Source: Verrucomicrobiota bacterium (GTDB lineage Bacteria; Verrucomicrobiota; Lentisphaeria; Lentisphaerales; Lentisphaeraceae). From it: a stretch of DNA of 60,135 bases. The stretch spans positions 1 to 60,135 of the forward strand of contig JBDKFG010000027.1 in NCBI GenBank assembly GCA_039798785.1, in the 5' to 3' direction. This document shows, piece after piece, positions 39,117-49,027 of the stretch. How positions within the stretch are numbered: the first letter of the stretch is position 1; each line of letters begins with the position of its first letter. The translations under genes and the position numbers were made by a program. Under the pieces are notes generated by a model that was given only the letters and a program-made list of their open reading frames with translations, was not told the origin of the DNA and did not search any database.

Positions 39117-40349
39117 ATGTCCAAAGTCACCACCCAATTAGAGTTGCGGCGCCTACTCGTCATTGACGACGACCTGGTCACCCGCAAGGCGATATCGATG
39201 GGGCTTCGCCGTCAAGGGATGGAAGTGTTTGAAGCCGCAGGGGGTTTCGAAGGACTGGAGCAATGCAAATCGGCGATCTTCGACCTTCTCATCGTCGACA
39301 TGGTGATGCCCGGACTGGCCGGCGACAAATTGATCAAGGCCATCCGTGCGATCGAAAACTACGGAGACATCCCGATTCTCGTGATGTCGGCGGAATCCGG
39401 CCAGGCGAGTAAAAACGAAGCCTTTAATGCCGGCGCCGTCGACTACGTAGTCAAACCAGTGCACATGAACGAATTGCTTCACCGCGTCCGGGTTCATTGC
39501 GAGCTGCAGGAACGGCGGCGCCAGGTGCGCCGCTACGCCGAGGACATGGAGAGCCTGGCCAAGAGCCGCGCCGAACAGCTCCTGGTGGCCGACCGCCTGA
39601 CCACACTCGGCATGCTGGCGGCGGGGGTGGCGCACGAGATCAACAATCCGATGACCTTCATCGCCGGCAACGCCCAGACTCTGGAGCAGCAATACTGGCC
39701 GACGATCCGCAAGTCCCTTGAGCTGGCCGCCGAGTGCGAGGGGGAAGACGGCAGCAAGGCCAGGCACATCCTGAGCGAGATGCCGGGAGTCTTCAAGTCC
39801 TTCGCCATGGGCACCTCAAGAATCCGCTCGATCATCCAGAATCTCAAGGTCTACGCCCGCGACAGCCAGGACAGCGGCGCCTCCTGCGCTCCGTCCGAGG
39901 CGGTCAAAGCCGCCCTGCTCCTGGCCAAGGGCTCCTTCAATTTGCAACCGAAGCTCCTGGTCGCCGTCCCCGAGGATCTGCCTCTGGTGGCCATCGACAT
40001 CCAGAAGCTTGAGCAGATCATCATCAACCTGACGGTGAACGCCGCCCACGCCCTCGAAGGCCGGGCCGATCCCAGGATCGAGATCACCGCCCGTCTCGAA
40101 GGGAAGCTACTCGCCTTGCGGATCGCCGACAACGGCACCGGCATCCCCGAGGAGATCCTGAACAAGATCTGGGAGCCCTTTTTCACTACCAAGCCGGCGG
40201 GCAAAGGCACCGGCCTGGGCCTGGCCATCATCCGCGAAATCCTCGACAAGGCGGGAGGCAGGATCGAGGCCCGCAACCGGAGGGAAGGCGGCGCCGTCTT
40301 CGAATTCCACATACCCCTAGCCACAGCTGCCGAGGAGAATCCGTCATGA
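39117..40349 (+). CDS. Hybrid response regulator / histidine kinase (REC-HisKA-HATPase)
   Basis: LVIDDD, DMVMP; AHEINNP; NAAHA; DNGTG; PFFTTK; GTGLGL. Confidence 0.93.
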   Translation: MSKVTTQLELRRLLVIDDDLVTRKAISMGLRRQGMEVFEAAGGFEGLEQCKSAIFDLLIVDMVMPGLAGDKLIKAIRAIENYGDIPILVMSAESGQASKNEAFNAGAVDYVVKPVHMNELLHRVRVHCELQERRRQVRRYAEDMESLAKSRAEQLLVADRLTTLGMLAAGVAHEINNPMTFIAGNAQTLEQQYWPTIRKSLELAAECEGEDGSKARHILSEMPGVFKSFAMGTSRIRSIIQNLKVYARDSQDSGASCAPSEAVKAALLLAKGSFNLQPKLLVAVPEDLPLVAIDIQKLEQIIINLTVNAAHALEGRADPRIEITARLEGKLLALRIADNGTGIPEEILNKIWEPFFTTKPAGKGTGLGLAIIREILDKAGGRIEARNRREGGAVFEFHIPLATAAEENPS

Positions 40350-40771
40350 GCTCGAAATCCGCCACGCTTCTGATCGTCGACGACGAAGAGCTGATCCGCG
40401 AACTGCTCCGCCGCCACTTTTCCTTCCAGGGCTTCCAAGTGCTCAGCGCCGCCGACGGCGAAGAGGCCTTGATGATCCTGGCTGAGCAGAAAGTCGATGT
40501 CGTGATTTCCGACATCATGATGCCCAACATGGACGGCACTGAACTGATCCAGAGGATCCGCGCCGAATACCCGATCATGCGGGTCATCATGATGACCGGC
40601 TACGTCTCGATGAGCAACCTCCTGATCTGCCTGCAGAACCAGGCCGACACCGTCATCTTCAAACCCTTCAAGAGCTTGGATGAACTCGACGAAGCCGTCA
40701 CCCGGGCCCTCGTCCACCTCGACCACTGGAAAAGAAAGCTCCTTGAGCTCCAGGGACTGAAAGGAGTCTGA
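40346..40771 (+). CDS. Single-domain response regulator
   Basis: LIVDDE, SDIMMP, MTG, FKPF; ATGA overlap with the upstream gene. Confidence 0.92.
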   Translation: MSSKSATLLIVDDEELIRELLRRHFSFQGFQVLSAADGEEALMILAEQKVDVVISDIMMPNMDGTELIQRIRAEYPIMRVIMMTGYVSMSNLLICLQNQADTVIFKPFKSLDELDEAVTRALVHLDHWKRKLLELQGLKGV

Positions 40772-40841
40772 ATGTCAGGATCGGGAATCCGCGCGGAATA
40801 CCAGAATTTGAACTCTCAACTTTAAATTTCAGGCCCCCTCC

Positions 40842-42998
40842 ATGAGCGACATCGACCAGAATCTGATCATGGAATTCATCGACGAGTCCGTCGACCTGCT
40901 CGGGGAGATCCCCTCGCAGTTCGTCCGCTTGGAAAAGAACCCCGACGACATGGAAACCATCGGCGCGATCTTCCGCACCGTCCACTCGATCAAAGGCAAC
41001 TCCGCCTTCTTCGGCCTCCTCAAGGTGAAGAAGCTGGCCCATGAGATGGAAACCCTGCTGGATCTGATCCGCAAACGCAAACTCGATCCCGAGAAAAAGC
41101 ATTTCGACGCCCTGCTGCGCGGCCTCGATCTGCTGACCTCGATGTTCCAGAGCCTGCGGGGGGGAGGCGCCGAGGTCCAGGATCCCGGCCTCTTCGAATC
41201 GGCCGTGGCGCAGGTGGTGAGCCTGCAGAAGCCGCCAACACGGGACAATCTGGTGACGCAAAACCTCCGCAAGGCCATCGACGGCTTGAAAGCCCTGGTC
41301 AACAGCGGCACCGCGGGAGCGGCAGCGATGGCGATCGCCGAGATCAACAATCTCCTGAGCAGCGCCCTCAGCGCAGCAGAGTCCCCTGAGGAATCGAGCG
41401 GCCAGTCGACAAGCGACCCGATGGCCGGCCTGCCTCTGGCGGAAAAGTTCAAGGCTCTGATGGCGCATACCGACAACGGCGAGCTCAACCCCGCCCAGGT
41501 GTCGCAAGTGATGCAACTCTTCCAGGAAATGCGGGATCAAGTTGCCGACGAGGGCGCCGCCAAGCAGCTCGAGGCGATGCGCGCCGACGCCAGCACCATG
41601 AGCTCCGCCTGCGGGTTCAACTCGCTTCTCGCCGAGATTCTCACCGAAAGGATGGCGGCTCTTGAAAACGCCGGCCTGCTGGTCTTCCGTCCCAAGGACT
41701 CGGAAGCCACCCCGCCCGCAGCCGCAGCAACCGGACAGGCGACGGCCGCAGCCGAAAAGCATGACAGCCATGGCGACGACAAGAATGCCGGCAAGTCGAT
41801 GCGCGTCCCGGAAGCGGTGATCGACGAGTTCCTGACCCATGTGGGCGAGCTGATCACCATCAGGGAAATGTACGAATACCTTCGCCGCGACCTTGAGCAT
41901 TCCGTCAACCTGCCTCACCGCATGGCGGTCGAATTCCGCCGTTGCAACGACTCCTTCGCCAACATCTCCCACGAGCTCGAAGTCTCCTGCATGTCGATCC
42001 GCAAGCAGACGGTGAAGCAGCTCCTGCAGAAGATACCACGGATCATCCGCGACGTCGCCCAGGCCCGGGGCAAAGATATCGAAGTCATCCTCGAAGGAGA
42101 GGACGTCAGCATCGACAAGTCCCTACTCACCTTGATCGAGGCGCCCATGGTCCACATGACCCGCAACGCGGCGGACCATGGCATCGAAAAGCCGGAATTG
42201 CGGGAATCCCGGGGCAAGCCGAGACAGGGGCGGGTGACCGTGAAAGTCACTGACGACGGCGAAATGATCCACATGCTGGTGGCCGATGACGGCGGCGGCC
42301 TGAATTTCGAAGGACTGCGCAAAAAAGGAGTCGAGATGGGGCACTTCCGTCCCGATCAGACCCCGACCGAGGCGGAGATCATCAACGTCATCTTCCTCGC
42401 CGGCTGCTCCACCGCCGAGGAGGTCACCGACATATCGGGACGAGGCGTCGGCATGGACGTGGTGAAGAAGAACGTCGAATCGGCCGGCGGCAGCATCTCG
42501 GTCACCACCAAGTCCGGCAAGGGCACGGATTTCCGTCTCGCCCTGCCCAAATCGGTGACCACCCAGATCATCAACGGCTTCATCGTCGAAATCGACTCCG
42601 TCAGCTACGTCATTCCGTTGAAGAACGTGATCGAATGCTTTCCTCCGACACCGGACATCTTCACCCTCATCTACGAGAGGCACGAAGCAGTCAGCCGTTT
42701 CGGCAAGATCCTGCCCTTGATCCGCCTGTCGGAGTATTTCCATGCCGGTCGCGGCAATCGATCCCAGCACGATGGCATCATCATCATCGTCGAGCACGGC
42801 GGCCGCCGCTGGTCTCTTCTCGTCGACACCATCATCGGCATCCAGCAAGTGGTCCTCAAGCCTCTGCGCGGCTTCGACATCCAGGATTCCGCTTTTGCCG
42901 GCGGGGCCCTGATGGGAGACGGCAAGGTGGCCCTCATCCTCGACATCGAAAACCTGCTCGGCGAAGACGCCTTGCTCCGCCAGATCCACAGCCTCTGA
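40842..42998 (+). CDS. cheA: Chemotaxis histidine kinase CheA (2)
   Basis: Hpt HSIKG; RNAADHG; DDGGG; GRGVGMDVV; C-terminal CheW domain. Confidence 0.94.
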   Translation: MSDIDQNLIMEFIDESVDLLGEIPSQFVRLEKNPDDMETIGAIFRTVHSIKGNSAFFGLLKVKKLAHEMETLLDLIRKRKLDPEKKHFDALLRGLDLLTSMFQSLRGGGAEVQDPGLFESAVAQVVSLQKPPTRDNLVTQNLRKAIDGLKALVNSGTAGAAAMAIAEINNLLSSALSAAESPEESSGQSTSDPMAGLPLAEKFKALMAHTDNGELNPAQVSQVMQLFQEMRDQVADEGAAKQLEAMRADASTMSSACGFNSLLAEILTERMAALENAGLLVFRPKDSEATPPAAAATGQATAAAEKHDSHGDDKNAGKSMRVPEAVIDEFLTHVGELITIREMYEYLRRDLEHSVNLPHRMAVEFRRCNDSFANISHELEVSCMSIRKQTVKQLLQKIPRIIRDVAQARGKDIEVILEGEDVSIDKSLLTLIEAPMVHMTRNAADHGIEKPELRESRGKPRQGRVTVKVTDDGEMIHMLVADDGGGLNFEGLRKKGVEMGHFRPDQTPTEAEIINVIFLAGCSTAEEVTDISGRGVGMDVVKKNVESAGGSISVTTKSGKGTDFRLALPKSVTTQIINGFIVEIDSVSYVIPLKNVIECFPPTPDIFTLIYERHEAVSRFGKILPLIRLSEYFHAGRGNRSQHDGIIIIVEHGGRRWSLLVDTIIGIQQVVLKPLRGFDIQDSAFAGGALMGDGKVALILDIENLLGEDALLRQIHSL

Positions 42999-43024
42999 TC
43001 CCCAAGCACCCAAAAGGACACCCC

Positions 43025-43930
43025 ATGGACAAGATCTTCCTTCTCCCCGGCGAATTCCACGCCACCAAGAAACCCTGCGAGATCAGCACCGTCCTCGGCT
43101 CCTGCGTCAGCATCTGCCTTCACAACAGCAGCACCGGCCTGGCCGCGATGAATCACTACGTCTTCCCGGAATCGAGCAATCCCGAGGAGACCGACAAGGG
43201 ACGCTACGGCACCACCGCCATCGACTTGATCATCCGCTCCCTGCTGGCGGTCGATCCGGTGATCGGACACTACACCGCGCAAATCTACGGCGGCGCCACG
43301 CCGCTGCGGACCGAGGCGGCCAGCGCCAGTTCAGGCATCGGAGACCGCAACATCGCCATCGCGGAGAAGATCCTCGCCGAGCGCGGCATCAAGGTGAGCA
43401 ACCGCAAAACCGGCGGCCCGCGCGGCTACCGCATCCACTTCGACACATCGACAGCCCATGTCAGGGTGGAAGAGATCCTCGGCAGCAACGAGAGGGCCGC
43501 CACGATCAAGAAGAAACGCATCCTCATCGTCGACGACTCCCCTACCGTCTGCAAGGTCCTCCAGACCGTCATCTCCAGCACCAACGAATTCGAAGTCTGC
43601 GGCGTCGCCAACGACGCCTACCAGGCTCGCGACATGCTGGTCAGCCTCGAACCCGACCTGATGACTCTCGACATCATCATGCCCAAGATGGACGGCATCA
43701 GCTTCCTCAAGAAAGTCATGCAGTTCAAGCCGATGCCGGTGCTGATCTGCTCCACCATCGCCAAGGAAGGATCCGCCATCTTCAACGACGCCAAGGCCGC
43801 CGGCGCCTCCGACATCCTCGACAAGGATACCCTGCAGCTCTACCAGGGAACCGACAAGGTGCTCAGCGTCCTGAAGCCGAAGCTGATGAGCGCCCTCGCC
43901 CGATTCTCCCCCAACCGGGCCTCGATCTGA
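43025..43930 (+). CDS. cheD: CheD deamidase fused to a CheB-type receiver domain
   Basis: TVLGSCVSICL, NHY, RYG (CheD) followed by ILIVDDS..TLDIIMPKMDG; start ATG 43025 after AAGGA. Confidence 0.88.
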   Translation: MDKIFLLPGEFHATKKPCEISTVLGSCVSICLHNSSTGLAAMNHYVFPESSNPEETDKGRYGTTAIDLIIRSLLAVDPVIGHYTAQIYGGATPLRTEAASASSGIGDRNIAIAEKILAERGIKVSNRKTGGPRGYRIHFDTSTAHVRVEEILGSNERAATIKKKRILIVDDSPTVCKVLQTVISSTNEFEVCGVANDAYQARDMLVSLEPDLMTLDIIMPKMDGISFLKKVMQFKPMPVLICSTIAKEGSAIFNDAKAAGASDILDKDTLQLYQGTDKVLSVLKPKLMSALARFSPNRASI

Positions 43931-43988
43931 TACAATAAGCGCGTCGATGCCGCGTTGACAGCAGGTGAGCCGCCACAAGGAGATCTCC

Positions 43989-44477
43989 ATGAAACCTCTC
44001 AACATCCTAGCGTTCTTCGCACTCAGCCTCGGCACTGCCGCCGCCGAATCCGACGCCGCAGACAAGCCTGAAGCTCAAGCCAAGCCTGAATCCGGCCGCT
44101 TGGCCAAGCAGAAAATGATCGAAAAAGAAAAGGCCAAACGCCAAGCCGAGGCACCGCACAAAGCGGAAATGAAAAAGGACGGGCCGCTCGCCCCTCCCAA
44201 AACTCCTGGCGACTACTTCAGAAAAGCCGACTGCAACTGCGACGGCAGCCTCTCCGACGATGAGCTACAAGCCTTCGCGGAGCAGATCGCCAACCACTTC
44301 GAGCGAAGCCGTAACGGGCCCGGCAAGGAAGCTGACGCCAATCAGGACGGCAAGCTCAACCCGGAAGAACGCAAAACTCTGTTGATTCAAATGAAAAACA
44401 AATTCATGGAAATCAAAAACCGCCTCGACAAAAACGGCGACGGCAAGCTTAGCCCAGATGAGTGCCAGCTTCCTTAA
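43989..44477 (+). CDS. Secreted EF-hand protein
   Basis: Signal peptide; DCNCDGSLSDDE, DANQDGKLNPEE, DKNGDGKLSPDE loops. Confidence 0.85.
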   Translation: MKPLNILAFFALSLGTAAAESDAADKPEAQAKPESGRLAKQKMIEKEKAKRQAEAPHKAEMKKDGPLAPPKTPGDYFRKADCNCDGSLSDDELQAFAEQIANHFERSRNGPGKEADANQDGKLNPEERKTLLIQMKNKFMEIKNRLDKNGDGKLSPDECQLP

Positions 44478-44682
44478 ACCCAGATTCCACCGCCGGGCTT
44501 ATCTGAGCTCACCAGCCAAGAAGCGCCAGGGCCGGCGTGACAGGAAAGCCCATGACCGATAGCAGCCCCACGGAAAACCTGGGTCAGAAAGGACACAAAA
44601 CTCGTTTTTGCGTCCTTTCGCCATTGCCCCTCGAAATCGAAGGACCAGATTAGATTCGCAGACTTCACCCCTGGAGCCCTTC

Positions 44683-45924
44683 ATGAACATTCTCGCCATC
44701 GCCATCGCCGGCTGCGGTTCGCGCGGCCGTACTTACGCCTCGCTCGCCGCCAAGATGCCCGAGCGCTTCCGTCTCGCCGCCGCCGCGGATCCCGTCAACA
44801 CCAGGATCGATGCGGTCCGCTCCATGACGAGCGATCAAGTCCTCGGATTCTCCTCGGCCGAGGAGATGCTGGGCATGCCAAAACTCGCCGACATCATGGT
44901 GGTCTCGACCCAGGACACCCAGCATTTCCTCCATTGCCAGGCCGCTCTCGAGCGCGGCTACGACATCCTCCTCGAAAAACCCATCTCTCCCGAGGCGGCA
45001 CATGTTGAAGCCTTGCTCGAACAGGCACAGCGCCTGGGGCGCCGCATCGTCGTCTGCCACGTCCTCCGTTACACTCCTTTTTATTCGAAAGTCAAGGAGA
45101 TTCTCAGTGCCGGAGCCCTTGGCAAGGTGGTGTCGATGAACCTGCAGGAAGGAGTCGGTCCTTTTCACCAGGCGCACAGCTTCGTCCGGGGAAAATGGGC
45201 AAAGAGCGAAGAGTCTTCGCCGATGATCCTGGCGAAGTGCTGCCACGACATGGACATCATCGCCTGGCTGGCCGGCTCCCCCTGCCGCAGTGTCGCCAGC
45301 CACGGCCAACTCAGCCATTTCAGGCGTGAAAACCGCCCGGCAGGCGCCCCGGCGCGCTGCACCGAAGGATGCCCTCACGCCTCCAGCTGCCTCTACGATG
45401 CCCATCGCTACCTCGGCGACCGCCGCTCCTGGCTTTCCATGGTCCATGAAAGAGCCAAGGAACTCAGCGACGATGAAATCCGGGCATTCCTCAAGACTTC
45501 TCCCTGGGGGCGTTGCGTCTGGGACTGCGACAACGACGTCGTCGATCACCAGACCCTCTCTCTCGACTTCGCATCAGGCCTCAGCTGCACCTTCACCATG
45601 ACCGCCTTCGACGAAGGCCGCCATCTCGAAATCTACGGCACCGAAGGGGTACTCAGAGGTGGCCACTTCTACAAGAAAAACCTCGGGTGCGACCTGGTTC
45701 TGCAGAAACACGAGAAGGCAGCCGAGAAGATCAGCGTCCAGGAGCCCGAAGGAGGCTACAGCGGCCATGGCGGCGGCGACTACGGCCTGATGCAGGCCCT
45801 GCACCGCGAAATGACTTGCCCGCAAGATCAGATGCTCACCTCTATCGCGATCTCCGCGGAAAGCCACCGCATCGCCTTCGCCGCGGAAAGCTCGCGCCGT
45901 GAAGGACGCATGATCACCCTCTAG
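44683..45924 (+). CDS. Cytoplasmic Gfo/Idh/MocA oxidoreductase (YteT-like)
   Basis: GCGSRG, LEKP, HVLRY, HSFVRG, LAKCCHDMD, GHGGGD. Confidence 0.92.
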   Translation: MNILAIAIAGCGSRGRTYASLAAKMPERFRLAAAADPVNTRIDAVRSMTSDQVLGFSSAEEMLGMPKLADIMVVSTQDTQHFLHCQAALERGYDILLEKPISPEAAHVEALLEQAQRLGRRIVVCHVLRYTPFYSKVKEILSAGALGKVVSMNLQEGVGPFHQAHSFVRGKWAKSEESSPMILAKCCHDMDIIAWLAGSPCRSVASHGQLSHFRRENRPAGAPARCTEGCPHASSCLYDAHRYLGDRRSWLSMVHERAKELSDDEIRAFLKTSPWGRCVWDCDNDVVDHQTLSLDFASGLSCTFTMTAFDEGRHLEIYGTEGVLRGGHFYKKNLGCDLVLQKHEKAAEKISVQEPEGGYSGHGGGDYGLMQALHREMTCPQDQMLTSIAISAESHRIAFAAESSRREGRMITL

Positions 45925-46035
45925 ACTGATCGCCGTTCGTGCTCAGACTTGATTTGAGTGAGGACGGAATTGATGGCGATTTTCAGAATCTCGGGGGATT
46001 GGGATTTGCAGCTAATGGGCTTGCGTTTCCTGGCT

Positions 46036-47484
46036 TCAGTTCTTGAAAAGGCGCTTCAAGGTGAACTTGAGATTGTCGATCTTGAGAGGCTTCTCGAGGA
46101 AGCCGCTCATCCCCGCGTCGATACATTCCTTGACGTCATGCGAGCTGCCGTTGGCGGTGAGGGCGCAGATCGGCACCGATGCGGTGCGGGGATTGGCCTT
46201 GAGCCGCCGCGCAGTCTCCAAGCCATCCAGACCAGGCAGGCAGAGATCCATGAAGATCAAGTCCGGCTTGACCTCGGCCAGATGCAATGCGCTCTCACCT
46301 GAAGCTGCATGCAGACAGGTGCAGCCGAGAGACTCGAGCATGCGAGTGGCCAGCAGGGCATTCATCCGGTTGTCCTCGACCACGACCACCAGGAGCTGGT
46401 GCGGACGCTCCCCTTCGGCGCTGATCACGACGCTCGGCTCACGGCCCTCGGAACGCAAGGGCACGGTGAAACTGATGCGGCAGCCGCAACCGGTTTCGCT
46501 GTCGATCTCAATGCTGCCCCCGAGCCTTTCGATCAGGCGCCGCACCATCAGGCTGCCGAGGCCCTGGCGCCCGGCCCGCTTGAGGACGCAGTTTCCTGAA
46601 AGGACCTCATGAATCTCAGGCGACAGGCCGATACCGGTGTCGATCACGTCGAAGCGGGCCTTGCCGTCGCGATACGAAGTCTTCAGCACCACCGCCCCCT
46701 CCGGAGTCGAGAGGAAGGCCTGCTCAAGAAGCTGGGCGATGACGCGGCGGATCTTCGGCCGATCGCCGTGGAGAAGCTCGTCGCCTCCCTCGCCGCTCAT
46801 CACCATGAATTTCACCTTGCTCGACTTCTTGCGTTCGTCGGCGCTGAAGATCGAATGCAGATCGGAGCAGAGGCTGTCGAGATAGAAGCCCTCTTCGCTC
46901 GGGGCGGAGAAGAAGTCGTCGAAGTCGAGAACCTCGACGATGCGGTGGAAGATCTCCTCGAGATCCTTGCTCGACTCGATGATCGGAGCCAGCTGTTCGC
47001 GCAGACGCTGGTCCTGCGAACTGTCATGGAGCATCGAGCTGAAGCCGAGGATCGAATTCAGCGGCGTACGCATGTCCTGGATGAAGCCGTGGACGAGGGC
47101 GTTTCGACTCTCGTCGAAGACCTTGGCGGAGTCGTCAGCCTTCGGCTGGAGCAGGGCGACGAAAAACCGCTCGCCGGACTCGTCGCGCCAGTCGCTGACG
47201 ACGATGTCGACCTTCTGCTCGGAACCGTTCGCCAGCAGGATCGGAATCTCCCGCTTCAGATCGACGATGTGGCCGACGCCGCTGAGGACATAGCGCTTGA
47301 GATAATCGTCATGCTGCGACGCGAAGACCGCCGGCATCAGGATCTTGACGTTTTGGCCGACGAGCTCGCTGGACTCCCGGCGGAAAAGAGCCTCGGCCGC
47401 CGGATTGACGATCTTGATCTCGCCCGCGGTGCTGATGGCGACGATCGCATCCCTGCAATTCTGGATCAGGCTGGAGCTGAACAT
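46036..47484 (-). CDS. FixL-type PAS - degenerate histidine kinase - REC hybrid
   Basis: PAS ILMP...QHDDYLKRY; H-box IQDMRTPLN; DTGIG; REC VEDN, FMDLCLP, EKP; start ATG 47484. Confidence 0.85.
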   Translation of the reverse strand: MFSSSLIQNCRDAIVAISTAGEIKIVNPAAEALFRRESSELVGQNVKILMPAVFASQHDDYLKRYVLSGVGHIVDLKREIPILLANGSEQKVDIVVSDWRDESGERFFVALLQPKADDSAKVFDESRNALVHGFIQDMRTPLNSILGFSSMLHDSSQDQRLREQLAPIIESSKDLEEIFHRIVEVLDFDDFFSAPSEEGFYLDSLCSDLHSIFSADERKKSSKVKFMVMSGEGGDELLHGDRPKIRRVIAQLLEQAFLSTPEGAVVLKTSYRDGKARFDVIDTGIGLSPEIHEVLSGNCVLKRAGRQGLGSLMVRRLIERLGGSIEIDSETGCGCRISFTVPLRSEGREPSVVISAEGERPHQLLVVVVEDNRMNALLATRMLESLGCTCLHAASGESALHLAEVKPDLIFMDLCLPGLDGLETARRLKANPRTASVPICALTANGSSHDVKECIDAGMSGFLEKPLKIDNLKFTLKRLFKN

Positions 47485-47578
47485 GGTATTCCTTGTCTTC
47501 TTCCTGAGACAAACTAATCTGTCTTCCACAACAAAGCAATGCAAGCGAAAGGCCATACTCCCGATTCCGGAGAAGATC

Positions 47579-48964
47579 ATGAACGGCAATCCTTTCATCC
47601 GCCTGGGCGCAGCAGGACTCCATGGCGAGATCGGCGGCGGCCTCAACCCCCGCAACGCCCTGGGCTACTGCTCAGCCTTGGCGACCTGGCTTGACGGGGG
47701 GCCGGTGGTGATCGCCTCCGACACCCGCTTCTCCTCGCCGATGCTGCGCAGCTGCGCCATCGCCGCCTTCAGCGGCGCCGGCATCGAAGTTCTGGACGCC
47801 GGCCTCTGCACCTCCGCCGCCGCCAGTTTCCTCGTCCGTCGCCTCGGCGCCGCCGGCGGCCTGGTGATCGGTGCCGGCCACCACGGCAAGGGATGGAACG
47901 CCCTCCAACCCCTCGGCCCCGGCGGCTGCCCGCTCGGCGCGGCGCAGTCGCAGGAGCTCCTCGACATCTACCACGCCCGCCGCTACCGCCTCGCCCCCTG
48001 GAACGAGCTCGGCCAGGTCCGCGAACTCCCCTCCTCCGAAGTCGAAGCTTACGTCGAGGCCCTGGTCGCCGACCTCGACGTCGCCGCCATCGCCGCTTCC
48101 CGGCTGAAGGTTGTCGTCGACCTCTGCAACGGCGCCGCGACTCAAGCCTGCCGACTCCTCTTCGATAAGCTCGGAATCGAGCTCATCCCGATCAACGACG
48201 AAGCCAGCGGCCACCTGCCCCATGAGCCCGAACCACGCCCCCGCGCCGCCTACCAGGCCCGCTCCCTCCTCTCCGTCCTCAAGGCCGACATAGGCTTCGT
48301 CCTCGACTCCGCCGGCAACCGCGTCTCCCTCGTCGCCTCCGACGGCGAAACCCTGTCGGAAGAACTGACCCTGCCCATCATCGCCAGCGCCCTTCTGCGG
48401 CGGCCGCGGAAGGACGCCTCCCGCCCCGTCGTGGTCACCAACATCTGCACCACCCGCAGCCTCGACCTGGTCTGCGCCGCCGGCGGCGCCGAACTGGTCA
48501 AGACCGCCGTCGGCTTCTCGCCGGTGCTCGAAGCCGCCCTCGATCGCAAGGCCCTCCTCGCCGGCGACGGCGTCGGCGCCGTCGCCTACCCGGCGACTTC
48601 GCCGCACTTCGACGCCTTGCACAGCCTCGGCATCATCCTGGAAGCCCTGGCCCTCGAAAAATGCAGCTCCGCCGAACTCGTCGCCCGCCTGCCGCGTTTC
48701 GCCATCGTCAAAACCACCCTCCCTTGCGATCCCTCGCGAGCCTACGTCATCCTGCGCTCCCTGCGCGACGCCTTCCCCGATGCCCGCCGGACCGACAGCA
48801 CCGACGGCCTGCGCCTCGACTGGGACGACGGCTGGATCCACCTCCGCGCCTCCGAGACCGAGCCGGTGGTCCGCCTGATCTCGGAATGGCCGAGCCAGGA
48901 GGAGGCCCGCGACCGTGCCGAAAAACTTCGCCGACTCGTCGCCCGCAGTTTCGCCCAGGGCTGA
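47579..48964 (+). CDS. Phosphohexomutase (PGM/PMM/GlmM) family protein with degenerate active site
   Basis: DTRFSS, VVDLCNGA, PEP, TDGLRLD, HLRASETEP; catalytic motifs altered. Confidence 0.8.
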   Translation: MNGNPFIRLGAAGLHGEIGGGLNPRNALGYCSALATWLDGGPVVIASDTRFSSPMLRSCAIAAFSGAGIEVLDAGLCTSAAASFLVRRLGAAGGLVIGAGHHGKGWNALQPLGPGGCPLGAAQSQELLDIYHARRYRLAPWNELGQVRELPSSEVEAYVEALVADLDVAAIAASRLKVVVDLCNGAATQACRLLFDKLGIELIPINDEASGHLPHEPEPRPRAAYQARSLLSVLKADIGFVLDSAGNRVSLVASDGETLSEELTLPIIASALLRRPRKDASRPVVVTNICTTRSLDLVCAAGGAELVKTAVGFSPVLEAALDRKALLAGDGVGAVAYPATSPHFDALHSLGIILEALALEKCSSAELVARLPRFAIVKTTLPCDPSRAYVILRSLRDAFPDARRTDSTDGLRLDWDDGWIHLRASETEPVVRLISEWPSQEEARDRAEKLRRLVARSFAQG

Positions 48965-49027
48965 AACCCTCCGGCCTGGAACTTGCGCTGCCGGGGACTG
49001 AGCCCTGACCAGCAAGGAGATCTGCCG

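Noticed and set aside
42635..43024. N-terminal extension of the CheD-REC ORF overlapping cheA2
   Set aside because: Off-frame overlap; RBS and CheD homology begin at ATG 43025
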